Positions 19,235 through 29,296 of a stretch of 53,157 nucleotides of DNA are shown one piece after another. The translations under genes and the position numbers were made by a program. The stretch's first letter is position 1. Every line of letters starts with the position of its first letter. The stretch is from a virus. Taxonomy: Duplodnaviria > Caudoviricetes. The notes under the pieces are model-generated. The model saw only the letters and a program-made list of their open reading frames with translations. It did no database searches and had not been told where the DNA came from. Location: positions 1 to 53,157 of the IMG/VR virus record IMGVR_UViG_3300024433_000009. The stretch is one strand, 5' to 3'.

Positions 19235-19961
19235 AAAAGTACCATATATCATAGATCCCGACATGGTTAAAGATTTTTGCCCGGAATGCGACGTGATACC
19301 TGGAGGAGCAGAACCCAGTGCACTGCCAACATTTTTAGCTATGATTACACCCAAGAAGAAGAAAAAATGAAATGAAAGGAAAAAATCAATACAAATTAGA
19401 AGAGTCTTGGATTAAAAGATTTGAAAACGAATGCAATGGAAGATGTGCGATTTTGCATTTAGAACGTTGTCCTCTATTTGAGAATGGCGAATGCCATTTC
19501 CCGGAAACGGATATGGCAAAAAGGCTTATCATTTCTTCTAAAACTTGGTATGAAATGACTTTAGAAATGGAAGACGATGAAGAATGAAAAAACGCAACAA
19601 ATGATGCCCACAGCCATCGCCATCGCCATAAAATCCGGCAGGCTAAAAGAGCTCACGCTCACGCAAGCGGAACGCTACAGCCGCAACGAGCAGATGCTGC
19701 AGCTCATGCGTGAAGATAGACTGAACATCAGGGCTTATTGGGATGAAGAGGAGAGAATAGTTAGGTTCGGGATAGGTGATGTAGAAACATGATTGATATT
19801 GTTGAAATCAAAGGCAAGAAGTTCATATTCATAGACGAAAACGCGTTTGGCTATCCGCCCACTTCCAGAGAAGCGCAACGAGAAGATGAAGAAAAACCTA
19901 TCTTTTACACACACTTTTCATTTTCAAAGCGTGAAAAAATAGGAGAACGAATGATGTACTA

Positions 19962-20261
19962 ATGAAAAATTTTCGCGAAGCAGTAAAGAGGAACCAAGAG
20001 AAACATGAAGGTTTGCATGTATTTCCCATATTGAAAGACACCATTCCAATAGAACGCGAGCCGGTAGATTTGGTTTGTTGCGACCGGCACGGCAAAGTTA
20101 CGCTTATTCGCGCAAGGGGAAATGGGCATGGAGGCAAGCTCAATCGCATGTCGATAATGCGACTGCAAGTGCTGGGAAAGAAATGTGGGGCCCGGGTATT
20201 GAATTCAAAAGTGAACGGTTCTAACGAAATATGCTTTGATATAATCTATGAAAGAAGATGA
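19962..20261 (+). CDS. Hjc-like protein with degenerate catalytic motif
   Basis: PVDLVCC...VTLIRAR in place of PDxxx...ExK. Confidence 0.4.
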   Translation: MKNFREAVKRNQEKHEGLHVFPILKDTIPIEREPVDLVCCDRHGKVTLIRARGNGHGGKLNRMSIMRLQVLGKKCGARVLNSKVNGSNEICFDIIYERR

Positions 20262-20373
20262 CAAAAAAGCAAGCTAAGCTGAAGAAGCAGCTATGGGATT
20301 TGTGGTCGCTATCAGATGGCGAGATAGGGGAGCAGCCGCCGAAAGAGGAGATGGAGTAGTGGAGGTAAATTAG

Positions 20374-21006
20374 ATGAAAATGTTAGATATATTCTGTGGA
20401 GCTGGCGGTGCAGCAATGGGACTGCATAGAGCGGGGCATGAAGTCATCGGAGTTGACATTAATTCACAGCCAAATTATCCTTTTGAATTTATACAAGCGG
20501 ATGCACTTACTTTTGATTTAGATGGCTACGATGCATATTGGGCAAGTCCACCATGCCAAGCATATACTTGGGCTTCCTCAAAAGCAAGAAATAGAGGTAA
20601 ATTTTATCTCGATTTAATACCAAAAATAAGAGAACATTTATTAGAAACAAGCAAACCATTTATAATAGAAAATGTCATCAGTGCACCAATTAGAAAGGAT
20701 TTACTTCTTTGTGGAACGATGTTTGGATTAAATATAATTAGACACAGACACTTTGAGATAGAAGGATTATCTATACCACAGCCATTACATCCTAAGCACA
20801 AGCCACCGATTATCATACAAACAAAAAATAATACTCTTGCGAAACGCAGTCAATATTGTTGTGTTGCGGGTTGCGGCGGTGACGGATGTAGTTTCAAATA
20901 TGAGGATTGGAAAAAGGCAATGAATATAAATTGGATGACCAAAAAAGAATTAATACAAGCAGTACCACCCGCCTATGCGCAATATATCGGGGGGTTTCTG
21001 AAATGA
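20374..21006 (+). CDS. DNA (cytosine-5)-methyltransferase
   Basis: Motif I DIFCGAGG, catalytic SPPCQ, ENV, RHR; short target-recognition region. Confidence 0.88.
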   Translation: MKMLDIFCGAGGAAMGLHRAGHEVIGVDINSQPNYPFEFIQADALTFDLDGYDAYWASPPCQAYTWASSKARNRGKFYLDLIPKIREHLLETSKPFIIENVISAPIRKDLLLCGTMFGLNIIRHRHFEIEGLSIPQPLHPKHKPPIIIQTKNNTLAKRSQYCCVAGCGGDGCSFKYEDWKKAMNINWMTKKELIQAVPPAYAQYIGGFLK

Positions 21007-21290
21007 GCGAGAACTGGAGCTAAAACAGAAATAGAGCAAGAGCAGACAACCTTAAATGAGCAGTCGACAATACAAAAAGCAGGATTCTAACAAAAGGACA
21101 ACACAGAAGAGCTGAACGAACTGACAGAAGAAACATTAGAGCAAACGATGGAAGCGCTAAACGCAGCAATGGTTATCGGGGACTACAAGAAATGTAACGA
21201 GTTATTGGACGTGCTTTCTCCGAGAACCCATTAGAAAACCTAAACATTTTAGGATTGCCTAACCAACTGCAATAATTTTTATAATAACCG

Positions 21291-21378
21291 AAAGCTTTAT
21301 ATACCCCTTCTTATATACATATACATATACATATACATATATATTATATAATATATAAGAAAAAAAAGGGGGGGGGGG
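21291..21378 (+). promoter_or_regulatory. TATA promoter followed by (ATATAC)4, a 20-bp AT palindrome and a G11 tract
   Basis: Read directly from the sequence upstream of ATG 21387. Confidence 0.65.
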
Positions 21379-21386
21379 AAAGAAAA

Positions 21387-22067
21387 ATGGAAAAGAAAGA
21401 AGCGGCGGAAGCCGCAGATTTGAAAAGTGTCCTGGAATATATCCAGGAACGCGAGGGGGACCTTGCAAGAGCTACCGAAAAACTCCGCACGAATGTGGAG
21501 AGAATAGCAAATATATTTGGGGAAAAGGAATATTGCCAGATATGCGGGCGACACGTTATGAGCAGTATTCACTTCCAGTATTGCGAAAGAAAAACCAATC
21601 GAGTTTTTGATGGGATACCCGAACAAATCGAAGGAGCAAAAATCGAATTGGTTTCGCCGGATTTTGATAGAGGACGATGGGGCGATCCAGAGCGCAAAGT
21701 ACATTATATCGAAGAACGCGAACACCACAAATTCATGCCAAAAATCTTCGTGAGCATCGAGGTCACCGATGACGAATCATTCTATGAAAGCGAAGACGAC
21801 GAAGGAGAAATCGAAAAATACTTCCTCACTACCCGGCAACATGACTTGGAAGTAGAAGTTTGCTATAGGGGTGAAGTCAGCTACTACGTTAAAATCGCGA
21901 ACCTACCAAGACAGGCACTGAAAGAACTTGTTCGGAGCGAGCGAATATCAAAATTTCTGGAAAAAGTAAGCAAGGGACTCGAAATAACAGGAAAGAACTA
22001 TGAAGAAGTCGCAGAAGTCGCAGAGCGGTTGGCAACCGTTCTGCCTCAACAAGGAGAGAAAAAATAA
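21387..22067 (+). CDS. Hypothetical protein (coiled coil plus CxxC...H)
   Basis: 226-aa ORF, first gene behind a strong promoter. Confidence 0.65.
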   Translation: MEKKEAAEAADLKSVLEYIQEREGDLARATEKLRTNVERIANIFGEKEYCQICGRHVMSSIHFQYCERKTNRVFDGIPEQIEGAKIELVSPDFDRGRWGDPERKVHYIEEREHHKFMPKIFVSIEVTDDESFYESEDDEGEIEKYFLTTRQHDLEVEVCYRGEVSYYVKIANLPRQALKELVRSERISKFLEKVSKGLEITGKNYEEVAEVAERLATVLPQQGEKK

Positions 22068-22068
22068 G

Positions 22069-22290
22069 ATGGTAACCGTATATCTGCCCAATGACATAAC
22101 GCTGGAATTGCTTATGTTAGCGGCAAAGGAAAACGAGGAATTGAAAATACAAGGTAAGAAGGCGAACATAACGGACGCTACGATAATATCGAGAATAGTC
22201 AAGGAGTGGTATCAGAAACGCATAGATGCGGGTAAAGCGCAAGTGGAATTATGGGAACGAGTAGCGCAGAGAAAGGAGGCGAAGCAATAA
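22069..22290 (+). CDS. RHH-like protein
   Basis: MVTVYLPNDI...ITDATIISRIVKEW. Confidence 0.5.
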   Translation: MVTVYLPNDITLELLMLAAKENEELKIQGKKANITDATIISRIVKEWYQKRIDAGKAQVELWERVAQRKEAKQ

Positions 22291-22291
22291 G

Positions 22292-22387
22292 ATGCTATGC
22301 AAAATATGCGGGAACGAATTGGAAAACGAAGACGAAGAAATGGATGGTATATGCGATGATTGCAGAGAGGATTTAGGAGAGATATAA
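22292..22387 (+). CDS. Zinc-finger microprotein (31 aa)
   Basis: MLCKICG...GICDDC; GGAGG RBS upstream. Confidence 0.55.
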   Translation: MLCKICGNELENEDEEMDGICDDCREDLGEI

Positions 22388-22542
22388 ATGGAAAGAAGAG
22401 GAGTAGGCGAGAACTCCCCTGTGATAAGATTAATCAGGGGAGTATATAAACGTTTTCGGAATGGCGGACCGAAAGCACGAGTTGGAGAAGAGAGCCTTAG
22501 CATTGTTGTCTTTGAAAAAGGAATAGTAAGGGAGGTAGCGGC

Positions 22543-23034
22543 ATGAGCGAAGAAGCAAAAAGAGATTGGAAAGCCCAGAGAATAGACGAATATATAAAAC
22601 TCGAAAATATAGTCACTACGGAAACACGGAAAATGGATACTGATCCAGACTTGGATATGTTGAGGCGGGAAAGAGCGAAATTAAACGAAATGATAGAATT
22701 GGGGCAAGGGCTATATATCAAGACAATCGAAGCGGCGCAGCAACAGCAAATAGGCATTAAATCCGAACTTGTTGAGAAGTGGGACATCGAAGAGAAGACT
22801 TTTGAATGCGCTGCGGGGACGGCGACATTGAGGACAACGCGGTCGTTGCACATCAAAAGCAAAGAGAAGCTGGTGGAATTCCTCGCAACGATACACAGAC
22901 TTCCCGATTTCATCAAGAGTTTCGAGACGGTCAAGCTCCGCAAGACAAAAGACGCTGGACTGTTGGGGGACGAGATAGCGACCTGGGACGAGAAAAAGAG
23001 CGTGGCGATAAAAATAGCGGAGGCAGAACAATGA
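22543..23034 (+). CDS. Gam/Gp157-like DNA end-protection protein
   Basis: Coiled coil, then KTFECAAGTATLRTT...FIK...VKL pattern. Confidence 0.5.
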   Translation: MSEEAKRDWKAQRIDEYIKLENIVTTETRKMDTDPDLDMLRRERAKLNEMIELGQGLYIKTIEAAQQQQIGIKSELVEKWDIEEKTFECAAGTATLRTTRSLHIKSKEKLVEFLATIHRLPDFIKSFETVKLRKTKDAGLLGDEIATWDEKKSVAIKIAEAEQ

Positions 23035-23579
23035 GCGAAAGCAATAAGTTAGCCATAGAGTTTTCGAATCTCAGTAAAAGCAGCCTGAGAACGGTCAAAC
23101 GGGAACTGAAGGAACTGATAGAAGATTATGCATGGAAGAAGATGGTAAGCGGCTGCATACAAGTCAGGGAGGACGAATAAGATGGTATCAGTACGTGAGA
23201 TGTTGGACATGAACATGGAAGAGCTCTGCAATCTCGCATTAAACAACCAATGGGATATGGAGCAATTACAGGCATGGAGCACATTCAAGATGGCACAATA
23301 TGTCGAAAAGAGCATACGAAAAGAGCATACGAAAAGAGGGGAAAGAACAATGAGCAAACAAAATGATTTAGAAGTTGCGACTGAGACATTGCTTAATGCG
23401 TTTGGGGGTACAAAAACGGACGATATGGGCTGCATCTTCTACATTTTCGATAAGAGCGAAAATGGAGGAGGCACGGGTTTCAGTACGCGAAACAGCGATA
23501 CAGGTGATGCCTTGGTTGCGATAAAACGAATCATGAAAAGGTTCAAAATCAATCAGAGCGCATTAATGGAGGCACTACA

Positions 23580-24542
23580 ATGATCGAACAGCAAGCAACC
23601 CCAACAGACGAAGATAAAGAAGAACAGGAATTGGAGGAGGCAGAAAAGGAATTTGCCGAAGAAATGGAGGGTGAGATTGAAGATACTGAAGAAATAGCCG
23701 AACAAAATCAGCAAATACTTGCGGCACTCGGATTCAAGCGATACGAAGACCCTGGCGTAATAAAATATGCCATCCGGGTGATGGACATAAAAATTGGCAT
23801 TACGTTCAACGAGGCCCACCCGCTCGGTAAGATATGGGCATATAAAATTCCTGAAGGCGACGAGGAAAAGGAATTTCTCAAGAATGGCGACCTGAATCAG
23901 CATCCACTGGTACAGAAATACAAATCCATCCAAGAAGGTAAAGAACCACTACCAGAAATAATCGTCACCGGTAAGATAATAGAAAAGCGAGGAAAAGCCA
24001 TCTTGATTCAGATTGAAGAAAACGGTGAATCAAAGCAGATATTCTTCGGGCAAGGCGCAGTAAAGAAGGATACGGAAGGCTATTTCATACCAGCGGGATT
24101 CAGCAATGCAACAAAAGAGCACGATGCGAAGATGGCGATACCGCGGGACATTAGATTGTCTGACTATAAAACGCAACTGGAGCAGGCTCCGGTAGCGGAC
24201 ACGACAAAAAAAGAAGAGGAAAAGGAAAGCAAAGAAAAAGCAGAACAAGGAACTGTCGCAGACAAAATACCGCACAAGGAACCAGTACCACTCGCAGAAG
24301 GCGAAAAGCTCACCGTAGATTACTATGTTAACCTAATCGGAGAAATCACCGAGAAGGTCAGAGCGGATGAACGGATTTCTGAGAGAGAGGCGGGCTATGC
24401 GATAAACATGGTATTCAATGCGATCACGAAGGACACGAGGGCGGCACTTATCGCAGAACTCAAAAACGGGATTAAGGAGGAGCTATATGACCGAAGAGGA
24501 ATGGCAAAGGGAAAGAGAACGCATCCGGGGGATGCAGAATAG
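23580..24542 (+). CDS. Hypothetical protein with very acidic N-terminus
   Basis: 320-aa ORF with RBS and ATGA coupling to the previous gene. Confidence 0.65.
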   Translation: MIEQQATPTDEDKEEQELEEAEKEFAEEMEGEIEDTEEIAEQNQQILAALGFKRYEDPGVIKYAIRVMDIKIGITFNEAHPLGKIWAYKIPEGDEEKEFLKNGDLNQHPLVQKYKSIQEGKEPLPEIIVTGKIIEKRGKAILIQIEENGESKQIFFGQGAVKKDTEGYFIPAGFSNATKEHDAKMAIPRDIRLSDYKTQLEQAPVADTTKKEEEKESKEKAEQGTVADKIPHKEPVPLAEGEKLTVDYYVNLIGEITEKVRADERISEREAGYAINMVFNAITKDTRAALIAELKNGIKEELYDRRGMAKGKRTHPGDAE

Positions 24543-24650
24543 GCACGTCAAAGAAGAAAGGAGTGGAAGGGAATGATAAACGCACAAAGAGAGGATATAT
24601 TAAGCAAGAGCCTTTTTATACCTCTTTTTCTTTTTTCCCTTTATTTGGTT

Positions 24651-24723
24651 GGGGGTGTAGCTCAGCCAGAAGAGCGGCAGTCTCCAGAACCGCAGGTCGT
24701 GAGTGCAAGTCTCACCTCCCCCA
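24651..24723 (+). tRNA. trnW: tRNA-Trp (CCA), intronless, with stem mismatches
   Basis: GGGGGTG-TA-GCTC/GAGC D arm, GCAGT-CTCCAGA-ACCGC anticodon arm, GTGAG-TGCAAGT-CTCAC T arm, CTCCCCC-A; TTTTTATA box upstream at 24613. Confidence 0.8.
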
Positions 24724-24782
24724 TAATCTAATACTTATAACCCAAACTACTAACAACTTTTCATTTTTCTTTAAGTAACCAC

Positions 24783-24822
24783 AACTTTTATATACCCTTA
24801 TTATAATAAGTATTATAAGGGG
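24783..24822 (+). promoter_or_regulatory. TATA promoter with downstream palindrome
   Basis: AACTTTTATATACCC followed by the 14-bp palindrome CTTATTATAATAAG. Confidence 0.6.
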
Positions 24823-25157
24823 ATAAAAACAAAATGCAAAAAAAGGGAACCGCGCAAAGGGGCGAGCGCGAAACAAAAAAGCCGGTAGAAAAGTGCTGCG
24901 GGCACATCCCTACGCTATGGGGATGCGAAGGCAGAAGGTGGGTATATGTGTGCCAAGTGTGCGGGGCAAGGCAATATAAGGAGGCGAGAGTATAAGATGG
25001 ACGAAGATAAAATTTTAGACGTGGTTTGGGATAACCACGAGGAGTGGACAGACAAACAAATCGGTACATTCGTAAGGAAGGCACTTACGGAAGACATAAC
25101 ACAAGAGGATTTAGAAAAGGAAATAGAAGCAGATGAAAGATGGAGGAGGCGAATATA

Positions 25158-25322
25158 ATGCCAGTAATGCATATCGCAGAGGATCTTAACGACCGAATGT
25201 TTGCACTGGGCTATACAAAAAGGGTTCAACGCATCGTATTTGTTAAAGAGGCGATACGTGAGCGGCTGGAACGTGAGGAGAGCGAGGCGGGGGCGATGAA
25301 CCCTCGCAAAATAAGGAGGTGA
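25158..25322 (+). CDS. RHH-like protein
   Basis: MPVMHIAEDL...FVKEAIRERLERE. Confidence 0.55.
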   Translation: MPVMHIAEDLNDRMFALGYTKRVQRIVFVKEAIRERLEREESEAGAMNPRKIRR

Positions 25323-26284
25323 GTGAGTAGGATGAGATCAGAAGAAATAGAAAAAGAAATGGAAGCATTTCTCGAAGAGGAGGGAGATGTAGACGATTAT
25401 ATCCCCATCCATGACGGGGAAATGATTGTCGGCGTAGTTCGAAAGAAAGATGTATCAAAGGTCTCTGATGCATCATACGGCGGCGCATGGATAGGAGTTG
25501 AGCGTTTGATTGGGTTCGTAGATTTCAATAAGCAAGGCATAGTGGTGGTCAATAACGGCGACTATAATTATGGCCGTGCTGACTACGTAGTCGATGAAAA
25601 CGAACAGAAGAGGTACGATAATGGAGAATTGATTTGGAACTCTCAGGATTGCCGTCTTGAAGAACCTGAAGAGGATGAAAGAGAGGAAGAAGGGTTGTGA
25701 GCGAGGTGGGGGCGATGAACCCCGCAACGGAATAAGAGGAGGGAAAAAGAAAAAAATGGATGAAACAGAAAAAGTAAACTTTGCTGACCGGACATGGAGA
25801 CAGGAACCAGTTCCAAGCGAAGAGGCTATAAGGGCAGAACAGGAAGCAGACGAGGAAGCGGACAGGCGCGATGCCGATGAGCAAGAAGAGGATTTCTACA
25901 ATGATTTTCACCAAACAGGCGGAGGTGATGAAGGACAATGATAACCTCTGATGATTTTGAAGAATGGCTCTTTGATAAAATAGACCCAAAGACAGACAAA
26001 TTTCCTAACATATTTTATTCCATATTGGCTCGATTGTGGTTCATACCGCATAACTTCATAGATAAATGGTATTACCGCATATTTGTACGTGGGAAATGCG
26101 CAATCAAAGGTTGCGAAGAACATTATAGTTGCGGAGGAAATTTACCTGATGATGTCTGTGAATGGTACTGCAAACGCTGTAACGCAGAAGGAATAAACCA
26201 TATCGTATATACGCACGAATTTTTTTATCCCGATACACCAGTACACAATTTCAAAGAGGTGTTAAGGGGGCGATGAATCCCGCG
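25281..26284 (+). repeat. Three dispersed GGGGGCGATGAAYCC hairpin repeats at gene junctions
   Basis: Copies at about 25281-25308, 25700-25727 and 26266-26284, each followed by a GGAGG RBS. Confidence 0.75.
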
Positions 26285-26506
26285 AAGGATAGGAGGCGAA
26301 TGAAAGAAGATGGCCATAGAAGAATTTGTTGAAGCATTGAAAGCGATAGCAGAGGATAGGGAAGTGATGATTCCCGCACAGATACATTTGAGGGGACAGA
26401 TAAACAGCATAATAGACTCATTGGGTGGACCAACGGCGACATACGAGTATTTTCGAAAAGTGCATGAAGCAAAAGCACCGATATATCCACTGGAGGCGAA
26501 ACTAAA

Positions 26507-26656
26507 ATGACAAAATTTAAAATCATCGCAACGGATTATATGGGCATATGCTTTCATTGCAAATGCAAACTCAAAACTGATAAGGAGAAGAAACAAGGGT
26601 ATTGCGAAGAATGCTGGGAACGATACACTGATGAAATGGAGGCAATTTATCAATGA
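26507..26656 (+). CDS. Zinc-finger microprotein (49 aa), paralog of 13410
   Basis: GICFHC...YCEECWERYT. Confidence 0.65.
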   Translation: MTKFKIIATDYMGICFHCKCKLKTDKEKKQGYCEECWERYTDEMEAIYQ

Positions 26657-27548
26657 AAACAAAAAACATCTTCATAGCTAGGTGCAGAGGCTGTGGCGAG
26701 CCGGTACTTATTTGGCAAGGCTCGCCAAGGGCCATCTGCCATAGATGTGGGCAACAACTCGCTAACATGCCGTATCGTGAACGAGAACAGGAAGGGTTGG
26801 GACAGTGGTTAGGAGGGCTAATATGAACATAAATGAAGAAGAAGCATGGACAATTTTCAGGGCATTGGGAGATGAAGACGGAGAAATAACAGAAGAAGAA
26901 GAAAAGCTTGAAAAGCGAATAAGACAAGAATTCCCAGCTATTAACGAGAAATTGAAAAAAAACGAACATCGGGATCATCTTTGGAAATATGAAGTTGAAA
27001 ATGACAAAAAAGTCAAAGAAGCAAGAGAAAGATCGAATCGACTGAACATGGAATCTCTCTATAGATTATTAGATGATCTCATGAAGGTTGCTTTTCCACC
27101 CGTTTTCTTTTCGCGCAGCTCCCTCGATGGACTATTAGATGATCTCATGAAGACAAAAAAAATGGTGTTGGATGAAATATTAGAAAAGGAGTACGCAAAA
27201 TGAGCGACATAGCAGAACTCCGCAAGCGAGCAATGCAAGACCCGCAAAGTCTGAGCGATGCGGAATGGAAGGAGATTCTTGCGTTTGCAGCTCCGAAGAA
27301 GGATTTTTACGACGAAGGCAATATAGCAAAAGTCAGCAGCTCGGGTCCGCAAAATAAACAGAGGAGGAAAGGGTGGTGGTGAAGGTGGACATATATCCGG
27401 CAACGTGCAGCATACGGATACGGTGCGACTCGCAGGCGGAACTCGACGACATCCACGATAAGCTGAAACGATTGATCGGCGAGGAGCACGTGCGCGAACA
27501 CGGCTATAATCGGTAAGCTTTATATGCTTGCCTTCTTTTTTATTTTTT

Positions 27549-27881
27549 ATGAAATTATATCTAAGGCATAAATTTGACGCTGCGCATTTCTTACCCGAAT
27601 ACAAAGGCAAATGCAGAAACTTACATGGACATACGTGGCTTGTTGAAATAGGGATTAAAAAACATTTAAAACCCGAAGAAGCAATGATTGCTGATTTCAC
27701 AGAGGTTAAACAAATAATAGATGAATTTGACCATAAATCCCTGAACGATTTTATGTATAATCCAACCGCAGAGAACATTGTTAGATATTTCTTAAATAAG
27801 CTTAAAGAGTTTGATGCAACCGTAAAGGTATGGGAATCTGAAGATTCGTGTATAGAAGGTAACACAGATGAAGATTTGTGA
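27549..27881 (+). CDS. queD: 6-carboxy-5,6,7,8-tetrahydropterin synthase
   Basis: FDAAH, CRNLHGH, PTAEN and WES motifs. Confidence 0.93.
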   Translation: MKLYLRHKFDAAHFLPEYKGKCRNLHGHTWLVEIGIKKHLKPEEAMIADFTEVKQIIDEFDHKSLNDFMYNPTAENIVRYFLNKLKEFDATVKVWESEDSCIEGNTDEDL

Positions 27882-28470
27882 GGTATTTGAAGCAATCCAA
27901 GGGGAAGGGGGTTTAACAGGAATGCCTATGCTATTCATTAGATTATCTGGCTGCAATCTTAACTGTGAATACTGCGATTCAAAATACCATGATTTAGATG
28001 GAAAAGAAACAAAGATAGGAGAACTCATAGAACGCATTAATCAATCAAATAAACAATATATATGCTGGACTGGTGGTGAACCAACACTCCAAATTTGTGA
28101 TATAAGCGAAGTTATTAAAGCAACCGTAAACAAATACCATGTACTTGAAACAAATGGCACACAACAAGGATTTGATGCCTCTCTATTCTATCATATTACA
28201 ATATCACCGAAAGACGAAAATACTGCAAAATACTGGCAACTTCGAAAAGACAATTCTGAAGATAACATTACAATTAAAGTAGTCACGGATTTACAAAGGA
28301 TAAATATGGATTTACTCAACTACGCAGACTATTTAATGCCTTTAACTACGTTCAATAACCAAGAGGATGAACAGATAAAAAGACGCGTATGGAATTACTG
28401 CATTAAACATAACTTTATTTACTCGCCACGATTACATATAGATATATGGGGTAACAAAAGATGCAAATAG
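27868..28470 (+). CDS. queE: 7-carboxy-7-deazaguanine synthase (radical SAM)
   Basis: IQGEG, CNLNCEYCD, TGGEP, LETNG, ISPK and SPRLH motifs. Confidence 0.95.
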   Translation: MKICEVFEAIQGEGGLTGMPMLFIRLSGCNLNCEYCDSKYHDLDGKETKIGELIERINQSNKQYICWTGGEPTLQICDISEVIKATVNKYHVLETNGTQQGFDASLFYHITISPKDENTAKYWQLRKDNSEDNITIKVVTDLQRINMDLLNYADYLMPLTTFNNQEDEQIKRRVWNYCIKHNFIYSPRLHIDIWGNKRCK

Positions 28471-28970
28471 AAATACCGGATGAATTGTTTAGCGCAGAGG
28501 AATTAAGGAATACGCCTGACCGTATTAAACGCTTCTTACAAGAATGGCAAAATAAAGACGACTTTAAATTCACTATGTTTGATAATCCGGGATACGACCA
28601 AATGATTCTTTTAAAATCAATTGAGTTTGGTTCTCTTTGCTCACATCATTTATTACCTTTTACGGGCTTCGCACATGTAGGTTATATCCCGGATAAGAAG
28701 ATATGTGGTATATCAAAACTCGCTCGGGTAGTTGATATGTTTGCATCACGTCCACAAGTGCAAGAACGGCTTACGCAACAGATAGCGGATTTTATTGTTC
28801 AGCAGTTAAACCCTATTGGTGTAATGGTTGTTTTGGAAGCGCAACACGAGTGTATGCGTATTCGCGGTGTTAAAAAGGCTAATTCTGTTATGGTAACGAG
28901 TGCGTTAAAGGGGTTATTTAAAAAAGACGAGAAGGCACGTTTAGAGTTTATGGGGTTAATAAGAAAATGA
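28461..28970 (+). CDS. folE: GTP cyclohydrolase I
   Basis: SLCSHHLLPF, GISKLAR, QVQERLT and HECMRIRG motifs. Confidence 0.96.
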   Translation: MQIEIPDELFSAEELRNTPDRIKRFLQEWQNKDDFKFTMFDNPGYDQMILLKSIEFGSLCSHHLLPFTGFAHVGYIPDKKICGISKLARVVDMFASRPQVQERLTQQIADFIVQQLNPIGVMVVLEAQHECMRIRGVKKANSVMVTSALKGLFKKDEKARLEFMGLIRK

Positions 28971-29296
28971 CAACTATATATGCAATTATACGAACGCAGT
29001 TTGAAGGAATACATAAATACCCAGATGCAAGTGGTAATGAAGATTTTCTTAAATATCCGCACAGGCATATTTTTCATGTAGAAATAAAAATAGAGCAGTT
29101 CCACGATAATCGTGATATAGAATACATTGCATTTAAACGGTGGCTCAACACGCTTTTAAGTAGTGATTTAGATTACAAATCTTGCGAAATGATTGCTAAT
29201 GAGGTAATAGATAAAATTAAAGCTAAATATCCTAACAGAAAGCTAATTGTTAAGGTGCTTGAGGATAACGAGAATGGAGCTGAGGTAAGCGCATGA
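28967..29296 (+). CDS. dpdL: QueD-like T-fold protein, DpdL-like (putative CDG decarboxylase)
   Basis: LKYPHRHIF fits the LxxxHRHxF signature I recall for DpdL; also SCEMIA and VLEDNENG. Confidence 0.7.
   Translation: MTTIYAIIRTQFEGIHKYPDASGNEDFLKYPHRHIFHVEIKIEQFHDNRDIEYIAFKRWLNTLLSSDLDYKSCEMIANEVIDKIKAKYPNRKLIVKVLEDNENGAEVSA

Noticed and set aside
24651-24723. attP site or pyrrolysine/suppressor tRNA
   Set aside because: The anticodon is CCA, not CUA; no integrase was recognised; the genes read normally with the standard code.
25281-26284. Mini-CRISPR array
   Set aside because: The repeats are 420-560 nt apart and separated by genes, not by 30-40 nt spacers.
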